A stretch of 64,000 nt of DNA from Acidimicrobiia bacterium (GCA_965214265.1 CBDCBK010000010.1:2056642-2120641); one strand, 5' to 3'. Counted from the stretch's first letter, positions 18,352-28,398 are shown. Numbers and translations are program-made. The notes: generated by a model not told the origin, from the letters alone.

Positions 18352-18864
18352 TCAGCCTCCCGCTGCCCAGAAAGGGTTGTCCCGGAAGTCCTCGACTACC
18401 CGCCCGAGCATGGTACGGAAATTCGCTCGGTTGAACTCGAAGCGAGAAAGGTCGTCCTCCACCTCATCCACCACCCTCCCCATCACCTCCACGAAGACGA
18501 ACTGCCCGTTGGCAAGAGTGTCCATAATCACCCTGCTCTCGGGATGGGGAGCCAGAACGGTGGTCGAATAGGGATCGGAGAACAGGCCGGCCTGAGCCAG
18601 ATGCTGGTCCAAGGCGCCTTCACGACGTAGATACTTCCAGGCCCGCTGGATTCTCTGGAGTGACAAGCCGTTGTCAATCAGGCTCTTGATCACCCGCATC
18701 GCCACCAGGTCTTGGAGGTTATAGATCCTCCGGACGCCCGGACGACCCCCCGTGCCCTTGATCGAGGGCTTCACCAAACCAACCCGATCCCAATACCTAA
18801 TTTGGTTATAGCTGCAGCCAGTGAACCTCATCGCTTCCGACGAGCTAAAACCCGCTTCTGGCAT
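18352..18864 (-). CDS. MerR family transcriptional regulator (Rv1830/McdR-like)
   Basis: MerR wHTH: GCSYNQIRYWDRVGLVKPS...RRIYNLQDLVAMRVIKSLIDNGLSLQRI. Confidence 0.88.
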   Translation of the reverse strand: MPEAGFSSSEAMRFTGCSYNQIRYWDRVGLVKPSIKGTGGRPGVRRIYNLQDLVAMRVIKSLIDNGLSLQRIQRAWKYLRREGALDQHLAQAGLFSDPYSTTVLAPHPESRVIMDTLANGQFVFVEVMGRVVDEVEDDLSRFEFNRANFRTMLGRVVEDFRDNPFWAAGG

Positions 18865-18897
18865 AACTCCAATCCGCCTACCCGGCTCAAGACCCGC

Positions 18898-19227
18898 TTA
18901 GCGAGGCCAGGAACCGAATCCGTTTGCTTTTGTATCGCTCCCTCCCTGGACGCTCTTACGCTGAATCTTCATTCGCGCCCGCAGACCTTGTACCAAAAAG
19001 GTAGCTGCTATCACCATAACAACAAAGCCCGCCAGCGCCACCAGTAAACGGGACGTAAAAAATACGAGAACCACAAGAACCCCTGCCACCAGGAACCCCA
19101 AGGGGATCGTCAGGGCAAACCTACTTGAGTAGAGGGAGGGCTCTTCTTCGTTCTGAGCCACTTCTTCCTCATAGAACTGGCTCTCGATCTCTTCGAGAAT
19201 CCGTTGTTCTTCTTCGTTCAACGGCAC
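18898..19227 (-). CDS. DUF3040 family membrane protein
   Basis: MPLNEEEQRILEEIE N-terminus plus two TM helices; this family usually lies between dinB and mraZ in actinobacteria. Confidence 0.85.
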   Translation of the reverse strand: MPLNEEEQRILEEIESQFYEEEVAQNEEEPSLYSSRFALTIPLGFLVAGVLVVLVFFTSRLLVALAGFVVMVIAATFLVQGLRARMKIQRKSVQGGSDTKANGFGSWPR

Positions 19228-19289
19228 TTCAGCCCACGCCTTCGGATAGTCCGCTTCCGATCTCCAGTATATGATGAACCAAAGAAAGA

Positions 19290-20510
19290 TTATCCGTCAT
19301 TCGGATTACTTTTCGAACGCGAATCTTTCGCCCGAGGGCTCCGGCTGATGCGAGCCGGAAGCACCGCCTCGAACCCGAATCGGCGCCGGAGCCGGGAAAT
19401 CTCCTCTTCCACCGACTGCCACCGTGTCTCGCCACCCAGCTCCAGTTGCGGATGCGCTTGTCCGTACCTCAACCCCCCGGCCGCAGTACCCAACAGCCGC
19501 ACCGCCTTCCCCTTCAGCCCGGCTCGGCCAACCAGTTCCATCACCTGCCGGTAGATGTCGATCGCCAACCTGGTGGGCACCCGCCTGGTATGAGAGCGAG
19601 TGATGGTGGTGAAATCACTAAATCTCACTTTGAGAGTTATTTTAGTGGCCCAAGCCTGGGCATTTTGCAGGCGAACAGCCAATCGCTCGGCCTGTTCGCG
19701 CAGGTTCATTTCAATCTCTGATTGAGACCGGAGATCGGTTTCAAAGGTCTTCTCCACCGATAACGACACTCCCACCGGGTCAGTGGCAATGGGGCGTTCG
19801 TCGATGCCGCGCGCCAGTTTTCCCAGATGTTCCGCCGCGGCTTTTCCCACCACTGGCCTGAGACTCTCCACCGGGAGGGCCGCCAAATCCCCGACCGTGC
19901 GAATTCCCAGCCGATGAAGTCGATCTCCGGTGGCCTTTCCCACTCCCCACAACCTCCGGACCGCCAGCGGGTGGAGAAAACCCAGGCTCTCTGAGACGGG
20001 AACCCGCAACATCCCATCCGGCTTGGCATCCTCGGAAGCCAGTTTGGCCAAGGTCTTGTTGACGGCGATCCCCACCGACGCCCGAAGCCCGAGCCGGCGG
20101 CGCACTTGCTCCCGCAACGCCGACCCCACTTCCGTCACCCGCCGATAGTGGTGACGAAGACCCGAGACATCCAAGAACGCCTCGTCCACCGACAATTTCT
20201 CCACCCGGGGCGTGAAAGACAAAAACACCGCGAACACCTCTTCGGAGGCCTCTGCGTAGAGGGAATGGTCGGGAGGAACCACCACCAACTGCGGGCAAAG
20301 GGCCCGGGCTTGGGTCATAGGCATCGCCGAGCCGACCCCGAAGCGCCTTGCCTCATAGGAAGCGGAGGCCACCACGCCCCGCCGTCCGATTCCTCCCACC
20401 GCCACCGCCAAATCCACCAGCTTCGGGTTCCGGCGGCGCTCCACCTCCACGAAAAAGGCGTCCATGTCCACATGGAGAATCGGTTCCCGAAAATGCGGCG
20501 CGGCCACCAT
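19290..20510 (-). CDS. dinB: DNA polymerase IV
   Basis: LHVDMDAFF, SYEARRFGV, LSVDEAFLD, AKLAS, little-finger domain; start re-assigned to ATG 20510. Confidence 0.96.
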   Translation of the reverse strand: MVAAPHFREPILHVDMDAFFVEVERRRNPKLVDLAVAVGGIGRRGVVASASYEARRFGVGSAMPMTQARALCPQLVVVPPDHSLYAEASEEVFAVFLSFTPRVEKLSVDEAFLDVSGLRHHYRRVTEVGSALREQVRRRLGLRASVGIAVNKTLAKLASEDAKPDGMLRVPVSESLGFLHPLAVRRLWGVGKATGDRLHRLGIRTVGDLAALPVESLRPVVGKAAAEHLGKLARGIDERPIATDPVGVSLSVEKTFETDLRSQSEIEMNLREQAERLAVRLQNAQAWATKITLKVRFSDFTTITRSHTRRVPTRLAIDIYRQVMELVGRAGLKGKAVRLLGTAAGGLRYGQAHPQLELGGETRWQSVEEEISRLRRRFGFEAVLPARISRSPRAKDSRSKSNPNDG

Positions 20511-20540
20511 CACCACAGTACCCAATAGGCTGGGCCGAAC

Positions 20541-21143
20541 ATGGCTGATTTGGTCCATCTGGTGCGCCACGGCGAAGTCCACAATCCAAGAGAGGTGGTG
20601 TACGCCTCGCTTCCCGGGTTTCATCTGAGCACGCGCGGGCGCCGCCAAACCGGAGAGGCCGGACGCTATCTGGCCGACCGACCCCTCGGATCGGTGTGGT
20701 CATCGCCGCTTCAGCGGGCCCGGGAGACGGCGATCAACCTGGCCGCTGCCCATTGCCTGGATGTGAATGTCCTCCCAGAACTCGGGGAATGGAAGCTGCT
20801 GGACCGATGGGCCGGGCATCCCTGGGACCGGATCACCGAGTTCTTCCCCGGAGAGATGGAAGCCTATCTGTCCAACCCCCAGAACCTTTCTTTCACCACC
20901 GAGAGCCTCGGACAACTGGCCGAAAGAATGGCGAAGGCCGTTGTAGAGGTGACGGGGACCACAGCCGATGGAGAAGTGGTGGTAGTCGGCCACCAGGACC
21001 CTATCCAGGCTGTGCGCCTCGCTCTCACCGGCCGGCCGCTCGACCGGTTGTTCCGGGACAAGCCCGGGCACTGCTCGGTGATCACCCTCCGGCCCGGAAC
21101 ACCTTGGACAGAGCTCGGGAAGTGGGATCCGCCTAGCCGATAA
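20541..21143 (+). CDS. Histidine phosphatase family protein
   Basis: [20 protein letters not shown] motifs. Confidence 0.9.
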   Translation: MADLVHLVRHGEVHNPREVVYASLPGFHLSTRGRRQTGEAGRYLADRPLGSVWSSPLQRARETAINLAAAHCLDVNVLPELGEWKLLDRWAGHPWDRITEFFPGEMEAYLSNPQNLSFTTESLGQLAERMAKAVVEVTGTTADGEVVVVGHQDPIQAVRLALTGRPLDRLFRDKPGHCSVITLRPGTPWTELGKWDPPSR

Positions 21144-23196
21144 AGGCGTCTGCGAAGATCAGGGAAACAATGGTCATCACCTTGATCACGATGTTCATCG
21201 CAGGTCCCGAGGTGTCCTTGAAAGGATCGCCCACCGTGTCGCCGATCACCGCCGCCTTGTGGGCGTCCGAGCCCTTGCCCCCCAACTCTCCCGACTCGAT
21301 GTACTTCTTGGCGTTGTCCCATGCTCCACCGGCGTTGGCCATGTAGATGGCAAGGAGGAAGCCCGTAACCAGCGCTCCCGCCAAGAAGCCCCCCAAAGCC
21401 GCCGTATTGATGAAGCCAATCACCAGTGGCAACGCCACCGCCAGCACCCCGGGGAGAACCATCTCCCGCAGCGCCGCACCGGTGGCGATGTCCACACAGC
21501 GGGCGTACTCGGGCCGAGCTTCGGGACGTCCCTCTCTCAACCCGGGGATCTCCCGGAACTGGCGCCGCACCTCTTCGATCATGGTGAAGGCCGCCCGGCC
21601 CACCGCCGAAATGGTCATAGCCGCAAACAAGAAGGGGAACATCCCTCCCAAAAACAGCCCGATGATCACCTCCACGTCAACGATGTTGATCACATCCAAA
21701 TCCACCGCTTCGGTGAAAGTGGCGAACAGCGCCAAAGAGGTGACCGCCGCCGATGCGATCGCGAATCCTTTGGCCACCGCCGCAGTGGTGTTCCCCAGCG
21801 AATCGAGCGCGTCGGTGGTCTCCCGGACTTCGGGAGGAAGATGCGCCATCTCGGCAATCCCTCCGGCGTTGTCGGCGATCGGACCGTAAGCATCCACCGC
21901 GATGGTTATGCCCAGAGTGGCCAGCACTCCGATGGCTGCCACCGCCACTCCGTAGATTCCGCCCACATCACCCAGGGCCCACTCTCCCGCCGTATAGGCC
22001 CCTCCGATTCCGGCCGCCACCACCAGCACCGAGTAAGCAGCCGACTTCTTGCCTATCGCCACTCCGGCCAGCACCACGGTAGCCGGGCCGGTCTCCGCCT
22101 GCCGGGCGATATGTCGCACCGCCCGGTAGTGGTCGGAGGTGTAGATCTCGGAGATCTTTCCGATCACATATCCCACCGCCAGTCCGATCACCACCGCCAG
22201 CCACAGACCGAGAGGCTGAACCTCGGAGTTGTCTCCGAATATCCAGTAGGAGATGCCCAGAATCCCCAACGCCGCCAGAATCATGGAGGTGTTGGTCCCC
22301 CGATGAAGCGCCGAGGCCAGATCGGAAGCGCTGCGGGGCTTGACGAAGAACGAGCCGATGATGGAGGCCAACATTCCAACCGTCCCTACCGCCAGCGGAT
22401 ACACGATGGCCTCCAACTGATAGGAGGCGTTGGCGAATGCCAATGCGGCGAAGGCAATCGGAGCGACCAGAGAGCCCACGTAGGATTCGAAGAGATCGGC
22501 GCCCATCCCCGCCACATCGCCGACGTTATCTCCCACGTTGTCAGCGATCACCGCCGGATTGCGGGGATCGTCCTCGGGTATACCCGCCTCCACTTTCCCC
22601 ACCAGGTCGGCGCCGATATCGGCCGCCTTAGTGTAAATACCTCCTCCCACCCGGGCGAAGAGCGCGATCGACGACCCTCCCAGTCCGATAGCCGCCACTA
22701 TCTCCACTCCCCTGGCCATTTCCAGCCCTGCCGCTTCAACGAACACCATGTAGCCGAGTGTCACTCCGGCCAACCCCAAGCCGGCCACGGTGAAACCCAT
22801 CACCGCCCCGCCTCGGAAAGCGAGGGGCAGAGCCCGCTGCACGCCTCCCAACCGAGCCGCCTCGGCAGTGCGGGAATTGGCGGCAGTGGCCACCCTCATC
22901 CCCACAAAGCCGGCAGTGCCGGACAGCACCGCCCCGAACAGATAAGCAACCGCCCGTAACCATCCGTCGTCGAGCACCAGGCCGATCAGTAAGAACATCG
23001 CCGCCACGAAAACCGCCATCCACCGATACTCCCGCCGAAGGAACGCCATCGCTCCTTCCCGGATGGCTTCGGAGATCTCTCGCATCCGCTCGTTCCCCAT
23101 GGGAGCGGCCAACACCTGACGGGTGAACCACATCGCCAACACCAACGCGGCCAGGCCCAAAACCAGGGCGGTGATCAAGAAAAATGACTGATCCAT
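21133..23196 (-). CDS. hppA: Membrane-bound pyrophosphatase, K+-dependent (probably Na+-translocating)
   Basis: [51 protein letters not shown]. Confidence 0.96.
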   Translation of the reverse strand: MDQSFFLITALVLGLAALVLAMWFTRQVLAAPMGNERMREISEAIREGAMAFLRREYRWMAVFVAAMFLLIGLVLDDGWLRAVAYLFGAVLSGTAGFVGMRVATAANSRTAEAARLGGVQRALPLAFRGGAVMGFTVAGLGLAGVTLGYMVFVEAAGLEMARGVEIVAAIGLGGSSIALFARVGGGIYTKAADIGADLVGKVEAGIPEDDPRNPAVIADNVGDNVGDVAGMGADLFESYVGSLVAPIAFAALAFANASYQLEAIVYPLAVGTVGMLASIIGSFFVKPRSASDLASALHRGTNTSMILAALGILGISYWIFGDNSEVQPLGLWLAVVIGLAVGYVIGKISEIYTSDHYRAVRHIARQAETGPATVVLAGVAIGKKSAAYSVLVVAAGIGGAYTAGEWALGDVGGIYGVAVAAIGVLATLGITIAVDAYGPIADNAGGIAEMAHLPPEVRETTDALDSLGNTTAAVAKGFAIASAAVTSLALFATFTEAVDLDVINIVDVEVIIGLFLGGMFPFLFAAMTISAVGRAAFTMIEEVRRQFREIPGLREGRPEARPEYARCVDIATGAALREMVLPGVLAVALPLVIGFINTAALGGFLAGALVTGFLLAIYMANAGGAWDNAKKYIESGELGGKGSDAHKAAVIGDTVGDPFKDTSGPAMNIVIKVMTIVSLIFADAFIG

Positions 23197-23627
23197 AGGG
23201 GGAATACCTCTCCTCGGGGAATCGAAGGTCTGCTTTGCGTGCCATCCGCCAGTTTAGGAAAGAGGATGGCTCTGGCATTCTCGTCACCATCCCCGATACG
23301 AATTGCCTTCCCCTAACACGCAAACGTGAAGGTCTTGCCTCCTGCTCATCTATTTCGTCCTGCCGGAAGGTAGGGGAGATTCTTCCCCACCGACCTGGCA
23401 AGCCTCTGTCTGTTATGCAGCCGATGCGACCACCAAGTCCACGACGACGGATGGCAAATCCGCAAAACACCAAACGGAAAGCACACCCTTAAAACCACCA
23501 CCCTCCGACAGCCGACCACCCCTCCCCACCAAGACGCCGAGCTCCCGCCGGCGCAAAACTGCCACCAAACTTCTGTTGTGAACGACACCAAATCGCTCGT
23601 GAAATGTCTGGTTGCTCAATGCTCCAT

Positions 23628-25376
23628 CTACGCCGAACTGCGCCTCGATCGGAGTCGCTGAATGAACTCGTCTCGGGGGAGGGTGTTCACCACCGTCTCG
23701 GTGCCGGCCCATCCTCGCCGGGCGTTGGCTACCCCGTATGACATTCTTCTCAACTCCGAGACATGATGGGAGTCGGTGGAGATGACCAGCATCACCCCCG
23801 CCGCCACGGCGCGGCGGATCACCTCGGGAGAGGCATCGAGCCGATCGAGGGCGCCGTTCACCTCCAGCGCCACACCCTGGTCGGCCATAGCCTCGAGCAC
23901 CGGGTCCAACTCGAGTTCGATCCCCGGACGTCGCCCCAGCATCCTCCCGCTCAGATGACCGATGGCGGAGACCGCCGGGTCGGCCACCGCCCGGAGGAGC
24001 CTCTCGGTCTGCTGACGGGGAGTCAGGTCATAGTAGGAATGGATGGAAGCCACACACCAGTCAAAACCCAACCGGTATTCGGGGTCATAGTCAAGATCCC
24101 CGTCGGCGGCGATATTCAACTCACAGCCGAACAGAAGCTCAATCTCGGGATGACGCTCGCCCAACTCCGCGATCTCCCCACGGTGCACTTCCATCTCGGC
24201 CCGCGAAAGTCCGTTGATGGCCAGGTCCTCTCCATGGTCGGTGATGGCCACGTACTCGAATCCGGCCCGAACCGCCGCCGCCACCATCTTTGCGGAAGAA
24301 GAGCGCCCGTCGCCCGACCGGTCGGTGTGGAAGTGAAGATCGCCGCGGATTTCCCCGACCGACACCAGCCGGGGAAGCTTCCCCTCCCGGGCCGCCTCGA
24401 TCTCTCCGGTGTCCTCCCGAAGCTCGGGCGGCAGCCATTCCATGCCCAGCGCCGCATAGATCTCATCCTCGGTGCCCGATGCCACCGGATGATCGTCGCC
24501 CTCTGCGAAGAGGCCGTACTCGTTGAGAAGCTGGCTCTGTTCCATCGCCAGTTGCCGGAGCCGCACGTTGTGCGCCTTGGAACCGGTGAAATAGAGCATC
24601 GCCGCCCCCAGTTGCGAGGGGGAAACCACCCGTACATCCACTCCCAGCCCGCCCCGGGTCAGCACCGAAGTCTTGGTGGTGCCCGACAGAAGGGCCTCCT
24701 CCACCAGGGGATGGCCGGACACAGCCTGCATCACCTTCGACCGGCGTTCGGGGTCCGCCGCCACCACCAGGTCCAGGTCGGCCACCGACTCGCGGAACCG
24801 TCGGGCGCTTCCACAAATCTCCACTGCCTCCACACCCTCCAGTTCGCCAAGATCCCTCCGGAGCGTCTCGGCGATCGGCAAGGCGGTGACCAGCGGGATG
24901 CGCCGGTCCTTTCCCGCCAGACCGAGCCGTTCCACCGCCCGGGCGATCTTGGCCTCGCTGACCTCACCCAATCCGGGAAGATCCCGCAGCCGGTGATCCG
25001 CCAAGACCGCCAACAGATCGTCAAGGGACTCCACTCCCAGTTCCCGGCGAATCATCTTCACGGTTTTGGGACCCAGTCCCGGTATACGGGTCAACTCCCG
25101 GAACGCCGGGGGATACTTCGAGCGCAAGGCCTCGAGCTTTGCCACCCGGCCGGTCTCGGATAACTCGACGATGCTGGCCGCGATGCTCCGGCCGATCCCC
25201 CCGATGCCCTCGATCTCTTTGGCCCCGAGTGCGGCCACCTCCCTTCCCAGGTTCTCCACCGCCCGCCGCGCCCGCTCATAGGCCCGCACCTTGAAGGACT
25301 GCGGAGAACCATCGTCCAGGGTGGTGAGTTCGACCAGTTCGTCGAGCATCGCCAAGACCTGTCGGTTGGAGACCAT
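23628..25376 (-). CDS. polX: DNA polymerase X with C-terminal PHP domain
   Basis: FKVRAY, HhH motifs, GSARR...DLD, VDVR, FTGSKAHN; PHP motifs DLHFHT, TDH, STDSH. Confidence 0.95.
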   Translation of the reverse strand: MVSNRQVLAMLDELVELTTLDDGSPQSFKVRAYERARRAVENLGREVAALGAKEIEGIGGIGRSIAASIVELSETGRVAKLEALRSKYPPAFRELTRIPGLGPKTVKMIRRELGVESLDDLLAVLADHRLRDLPGLGEVSEAKIARAVERLGLAGKDRRIPLVTALPIAETLRRDLGELEGVEAVEICGSARRFRESVADLDLVVAADPERRSKVMQAVSGHPLVEEALLSGTTKTSVLTRGGLGVDVRVVSPSQLGAAMLYFTGSKAHNVRLRQLAMEQSQLLNEYGLFAEGDDHPVASGTEDEIYAALGMEWLPPELREDTGEIEAAREGKLPRLVSVGEIRGDLHFHTDRSGDGRSSSAKMVAAAVRAGFEYVAITDHGEDLAINGLSRAEMEVHRGEIAELGERHPEIELLFGCELNIAADGDLDYDPEYRLGFDWCVASIHSYYDLTPRQQTERLLRAVADPAVSAIGHLSGRMLGRRPGIELELDPVLEAMADQGVALEVNGALDRLDASPEVIRRAVAAGVMLVISTDSHHVSELRRMSYGVANARRGWAGTETVVNTLPRDEFIQRLRSRRSSA

Positions 25377-25500
25377 CAGGGCCAAACCTCAATAGAACCG
25401 GCCCTTTGGAAAGCTCCAGAACTCACAGAGAAGAGGATTGGCTTGATGAAACGGACACCCCCGCCCATGGAACTGCTCGCCAGGGACTGGGGAGTCACTG

Positions 25501-25638
25501 TTATGTCGAAGCCGAAACCAGAGCCGCGCAGAAACTAAGCAAGACGCTGAGGATCGTGATCACCCCTATCACCACAACCCAACGGTAGGTCTTTCTGACG
25601 TAGTCGGATATTTGCTCGAGACGGTCGTCTTCAATCAT
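25501..25638 (-). CDS. Small single-pass membrane protein (45 aa), hypothetical
   Basis: ATG 25638 preceded by purine-rich AAAGGGAAAAGG; charged N-terminus then one long hydrophobic helix. Confidence 0.5.
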   Translation of the reverse strand: MIEDDRLEQISDYVRKTYRWVVVIGVITILSVLLSFCAALVSAST

Positions 25639-25745
25639 CCTTTTCCCTTTCTGCTGCGTTCTCGGGCTTTTTCGAGAGCAACACTCGATCCTCTGAGAAT
25701 AGGGAAACGCTGTCTCCGTCAGTGCTGAGATCCAAAATAACCCAA

Positions 25746-26237
25746 CTATTGAAGTGCAATAGAAGCTGTGCTTGCCCTCAAAAGCTCTACCAACTCGGCG
25801 GGATCGACTTCTATCTGCAATCCGCGTTTTCCGGCGCTCACCCATATGGTCGTGTAGCGCAAGGCTGACTGGTCCACTACCACCGTCATTTTTCGGCGCT
25901 GCCCGAAAGGACTGATGCCGCCTGGCACATATCCGGTGAGGCGCTCCGCCTCCGGGGGCGACGCCATCCTTACCCGCCGGACTCCCGCTACTTTGGCCAG
26001 CTTTTTGACGCTGAGGCGAACATCGGCCGGAACCAGCCCCACCATGGGCCGGTCATCGGCGAAGACCACCAGGGTTTTGAAAAGCCTTGCCGGGTCGACA
26101 CTCAACTGCTCGGCCACCACCCGCCCGTAATCGGCTACGGCGTCGAAGTCCACCCGGTAGGAGTGCAAACGAAAAGTTGTCTCCGCTCTCTGGAGGAAGA
26201 CCGTTGCTCTCGTTACTCCCGTCCGCCTGGGGCTCAT
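25746..26237 (-). CDS. ybaK: Cys-tRNA(Pro) deacylase
   Basis: LFKTLV, AERLTGYVPGGISPFGQ, VSAGKRGLQIE; ATG 26237 overlaps the stop of the upstream TadE-like frame. Confidence 0.93.
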   Translation of the reverse strand: MSPRRTGVTRATVFLQRAETTFRLHSYRVDFDAVADYGRVVAEQLSVDPARLFKTLVVFADDRPMVGLVPADVRLSVKKLAKVAGVRRVRMASPPEAERLTGYVPGGISPFGQRRKMTVVVDQSALRYTTIWVSAGKRGLQIEVDPAELVELLRASTASIALQ

Positions 26238-26615
26238 CCGCTCCCAGGGTAGGGAATGAACTCGGCGCGGGACTGGGCAAAGACGGTGACCTCCCCCCAG
26301 AGCCACAGGCGGGCGACGGCCATGGTCCGCACCGCCACTGTTCTCGGCGCTGGACGCCGATCCAACCCAGCATCGACACCAGACCAGCCGGGCTCCGTTT
26401 GTCTCCACCATCCGCATCGCGGCCTCTCGGGGAGGAGAGGCCAGAGAAAAGGTGGCCGGAGCGGCTGCGAGCGCTGCGGCATCGGCCGCGGTTTGTGACC
26501 TGTTGCGAGCAGAGATCACCGCACCACCCACCCAACACGGACACCCACCCCGTCGGCGCAACCCCCACCGCTGCCGACACACCACCAAACAAAGAAAATA
26601 ACCCACCACTCCCAC
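26234..26615 (-). pseudogene. Frameshifted Rv3654c-like TadE/TadG pilus assembly protein
   Basis: ARNRSQTAADAAALAAA...NGARLVWCRC in one frame continues as GLDRRPAPRTVAV...AQSRAEF* in another (shift near 26370); the N-terminal TM part is also out of frame. Confidence 0.65.
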
Positions 26616-26630
26616 AGCCAGGGTTCTCTT

Positions 26631-27011
26631 CTAAGAGCGGAGTCGCACCTTTCCACCGCCGCCGATCGCCTCTTCGATGGGATCGATCCAGGCCTGTGTG
26701 GCCGGAGCAGAGAGGATGCCGGACAGCACTTCTCGGCCCACCAGGATCGGGAGGATGACCGAGATGAGTTCCGAGCGGTCAAGACTTCCCTCCACCCAGT
26801 CGCCCTCCACTACCTTCACCGCTTCGGAGACCGGCCGAGCAGACACCACCGCGTCCCAGCCCCCTTCCAAGTCGGCCGCCATGGCATCGAGTTCTTCTTT
26901 GGCCGGCGGGGATGAGCTTCCGACAAAAGCCACCACCTGAACCGTCGGCGGCAACCGCTCGAGCGCATCTTTCACCGCCCGGATCCCGATCATCAACCCT
27001 TCGCTCTCCAT
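26631..27011 (-). CDS. Short IspD-like protein lacking the N-terminal nucleotide-binding loop
   Basis: AVVSARPVSEAVKVVEGDWVEGSLDRSEL resembles the IspD beta-arm (PxxDTIK...TxDRxxL); GGAGG before ATG 27011. Start could be further upstream. Confidence 0.6.
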   Translation of the reverse strand: MESEGLMIGIRAVKDALERLPPTVQVVAFVGSSSPPAKEELDAMAADLEGGWDAVVSARPVSEAVKVVEGDWVEGSLDRSELISVILPILVGREVLSGILSAPATQAWIDPIEEAIGGGGKVRLRS

Positions 27012-27133
27012 GGCCACCTCCGGCGGGAAAAAGACCGCGGTCTGCCCGGAGACACAGAGACGAGTTGAAGACCGTTGTCGGGGCGGCATGGCTGGCTCGG
27101 CTGACAAGAGTCACCTACCCTACCCGTAGTCTG

Positions 27134-27844
27134 ATGAAAAGCAACGGCGGTCGTGCGGCGGCGATACTGCTGGCCGGAGGAAAGGGCGCCCGCGCCCGGT
27201 TTTCCGCCAACAAGGCATATATCCCGATCGGCGGGCAGCCCATGATCAGCTATTCCCTTCAGACCTTGGACCGCTCCTCCTGGGTAGCCAGATTGGTGAT
27301 TGTCATCAGACCCGAGGACCGGGAGACGGCCGAGGAAGTGGTGGAACAAGCCGAGGTCGCCACTCCCTGGCTGATGGTGGCAGGGGGCGAATCCCGCCAC
27401 GCCAGTGAAGACCGCGGACTCAAGGCCCTTTCCGGGGAAATCACCGGGGAACGGATCGACCTGGTGGCCATTCACGACGGCGCCCGACCGTTCGTGACCC
27501 GCCGACTCCTCGACCAACTCTTCTGTGACGCCCACCGTCACGGCGGCGCCGTGCCCACCTTGGCGGTGGAGGTTCCCACCCATCGTCTGGCCAAGGACGG
27601 GGAGATCGCCTTACTGGACCAGAGCAGGCTTCACCGAGCGCAAACCCCCCAGGTTTTCTCCGCTCCGGAACTTCTCCGCGCCTATCGCCGTGCGAACCAG
27701 GCCGGATTCGAGGGAGTGGACACCGCCGAGACCGTGGAGCGGTTCTCCGATCTGAAGATAAGAGCCACGCCCGGGGATCCGGACAACCTGAAGCTCACTT
27801 TCCCCGAGGACTTCGCCTTGGCCGAGACCATGACAAAGAACTGA
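27134..27844 (+). CDS. ispD: IspD/TarI family cytidylyltransferase
   Basis: LLAGGKGAR...NK, GGESRHAS, IHDGARPF, QTPQVF, NLKLTFPED. Confidence 0.9.
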   Translation: MKSNGGRAAAILLAGGKGARARFSANKAYIPIGGQPMISYSLQTLDRSSWVARLVIVIRPEDRETAEEVVEQAEVATPWLMVAGGESRHASEDRGLKALSGEITGERIDLVAIHDGARPFVTRRLLDQLFCDAHRHGGAVPTLAVEVPTHRLAKDGEIALLDQSRLHRAQTPQVFSAPELLRAYRRANQAGFEGVDTAETVERFSDLKIRATPGDPDNLKLTFPEDFALAETMTKN

Positions 27845-27897
27845 CCGCCTGCCGAGGTCGCTTGGACGACCGCGCTAGGTTTTTGGGGTTTCAGTGC

Positions 27898-28398
27898 TCA
27901 CTGGCCGCCGCGTTTGACTCCACCGTATTTCATCCGGGTGTCGCTCATGGCAGCAGCCCGTTTCGTGTCGTCGCGAATGCCGGCGTCCACCACTTCGCCC
28001 ACGAACAGCGTGTGCGTACCGAGGTCAACGGCCCTCCGCACCTCACAGTCCATGAAAGCAATGGCGTCCTCGAACACGGGTGCGCCGGTCTTTCCGATCC
28101 GCACCGCCCGGTCATTGAGGGTCATCTCCCGCCGGATGGCCGGCTTCGAGAATTTCACGAAAACGCGCTTGTCCTCGGGATCCCACAGGTTGATCGTGAA
28201 GCTTCCTCCTTCGGAGATAAGCCGGTGGGTCACCGCGCTGTTGTCCACCCCGATCCCAATCAGGACCGGTTCCATGGAAAGCTGGGTGATCCAGGAGGTG
28301 GTCATCCCGTTCCAAGTCTCCCCGGAGGCGGAACCGACTAAAGCCAGGGCGTTGGGAATCTTCCAAGTGACCTTGTTTACGAGTTGGTTTTCTAGCAT
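27898..28398 (-). CDS. Flavin reductase family protein
   Basis: NGMTTSW...SMEP, GAPV, GTHTLFVGEV; start ATG 28398. Confidence 0.9.
   Translation of the reverse strand: MLENQLVNKVTWKIPNALALVGSASGETWNGMTTSWITQLSMEPVLIGIGVDNSAVTHRLISEGGSFTINLWDPEDKRVFVKFSKPAIRREMTLNDRAVRIGKTGAPVFEDAIAFMDCEVRRAVDLGTHTLFVGEVVDAGIRDDTKRAAAMSDTRMKYGGVKRGGQ

Noticed and set aside
20511-20545. SOS boxes upstream of dinB (also polX, recN)
   Set aside because: Only half-sites such as CGAAC; no GAAC-N4-GTTC palindrome.
21259-22959. Long antisense ORFs (566 aa here; also 39431-41038, 23763-25163, 7522-8802, 47116-48411)
   Set aside because: Shadow frames of well-supported genes, expected from GC3 bias; no motifs.
23250-23300. 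Fluoride (crcB) riboswitch upstream of hppA
   Set aside because: GGGGATGG is present, but the pseudoknot pairing and the downstream GCU(A/G)AUGAC-like element could not be matched.
23440-23600. C/A-skewed tract with short ORFs between hppA and polX
   Set aside because: No periodic repeat, RBS or recognisable protein; may be decayed or low-quality sequence.
25746-26615. Novel TadE-YbaK fusion protein (289 aa)
   Set aside because: Explained by a frameshift; the TadE stop and ybaK start overlap as ATGA at 26234-26237.
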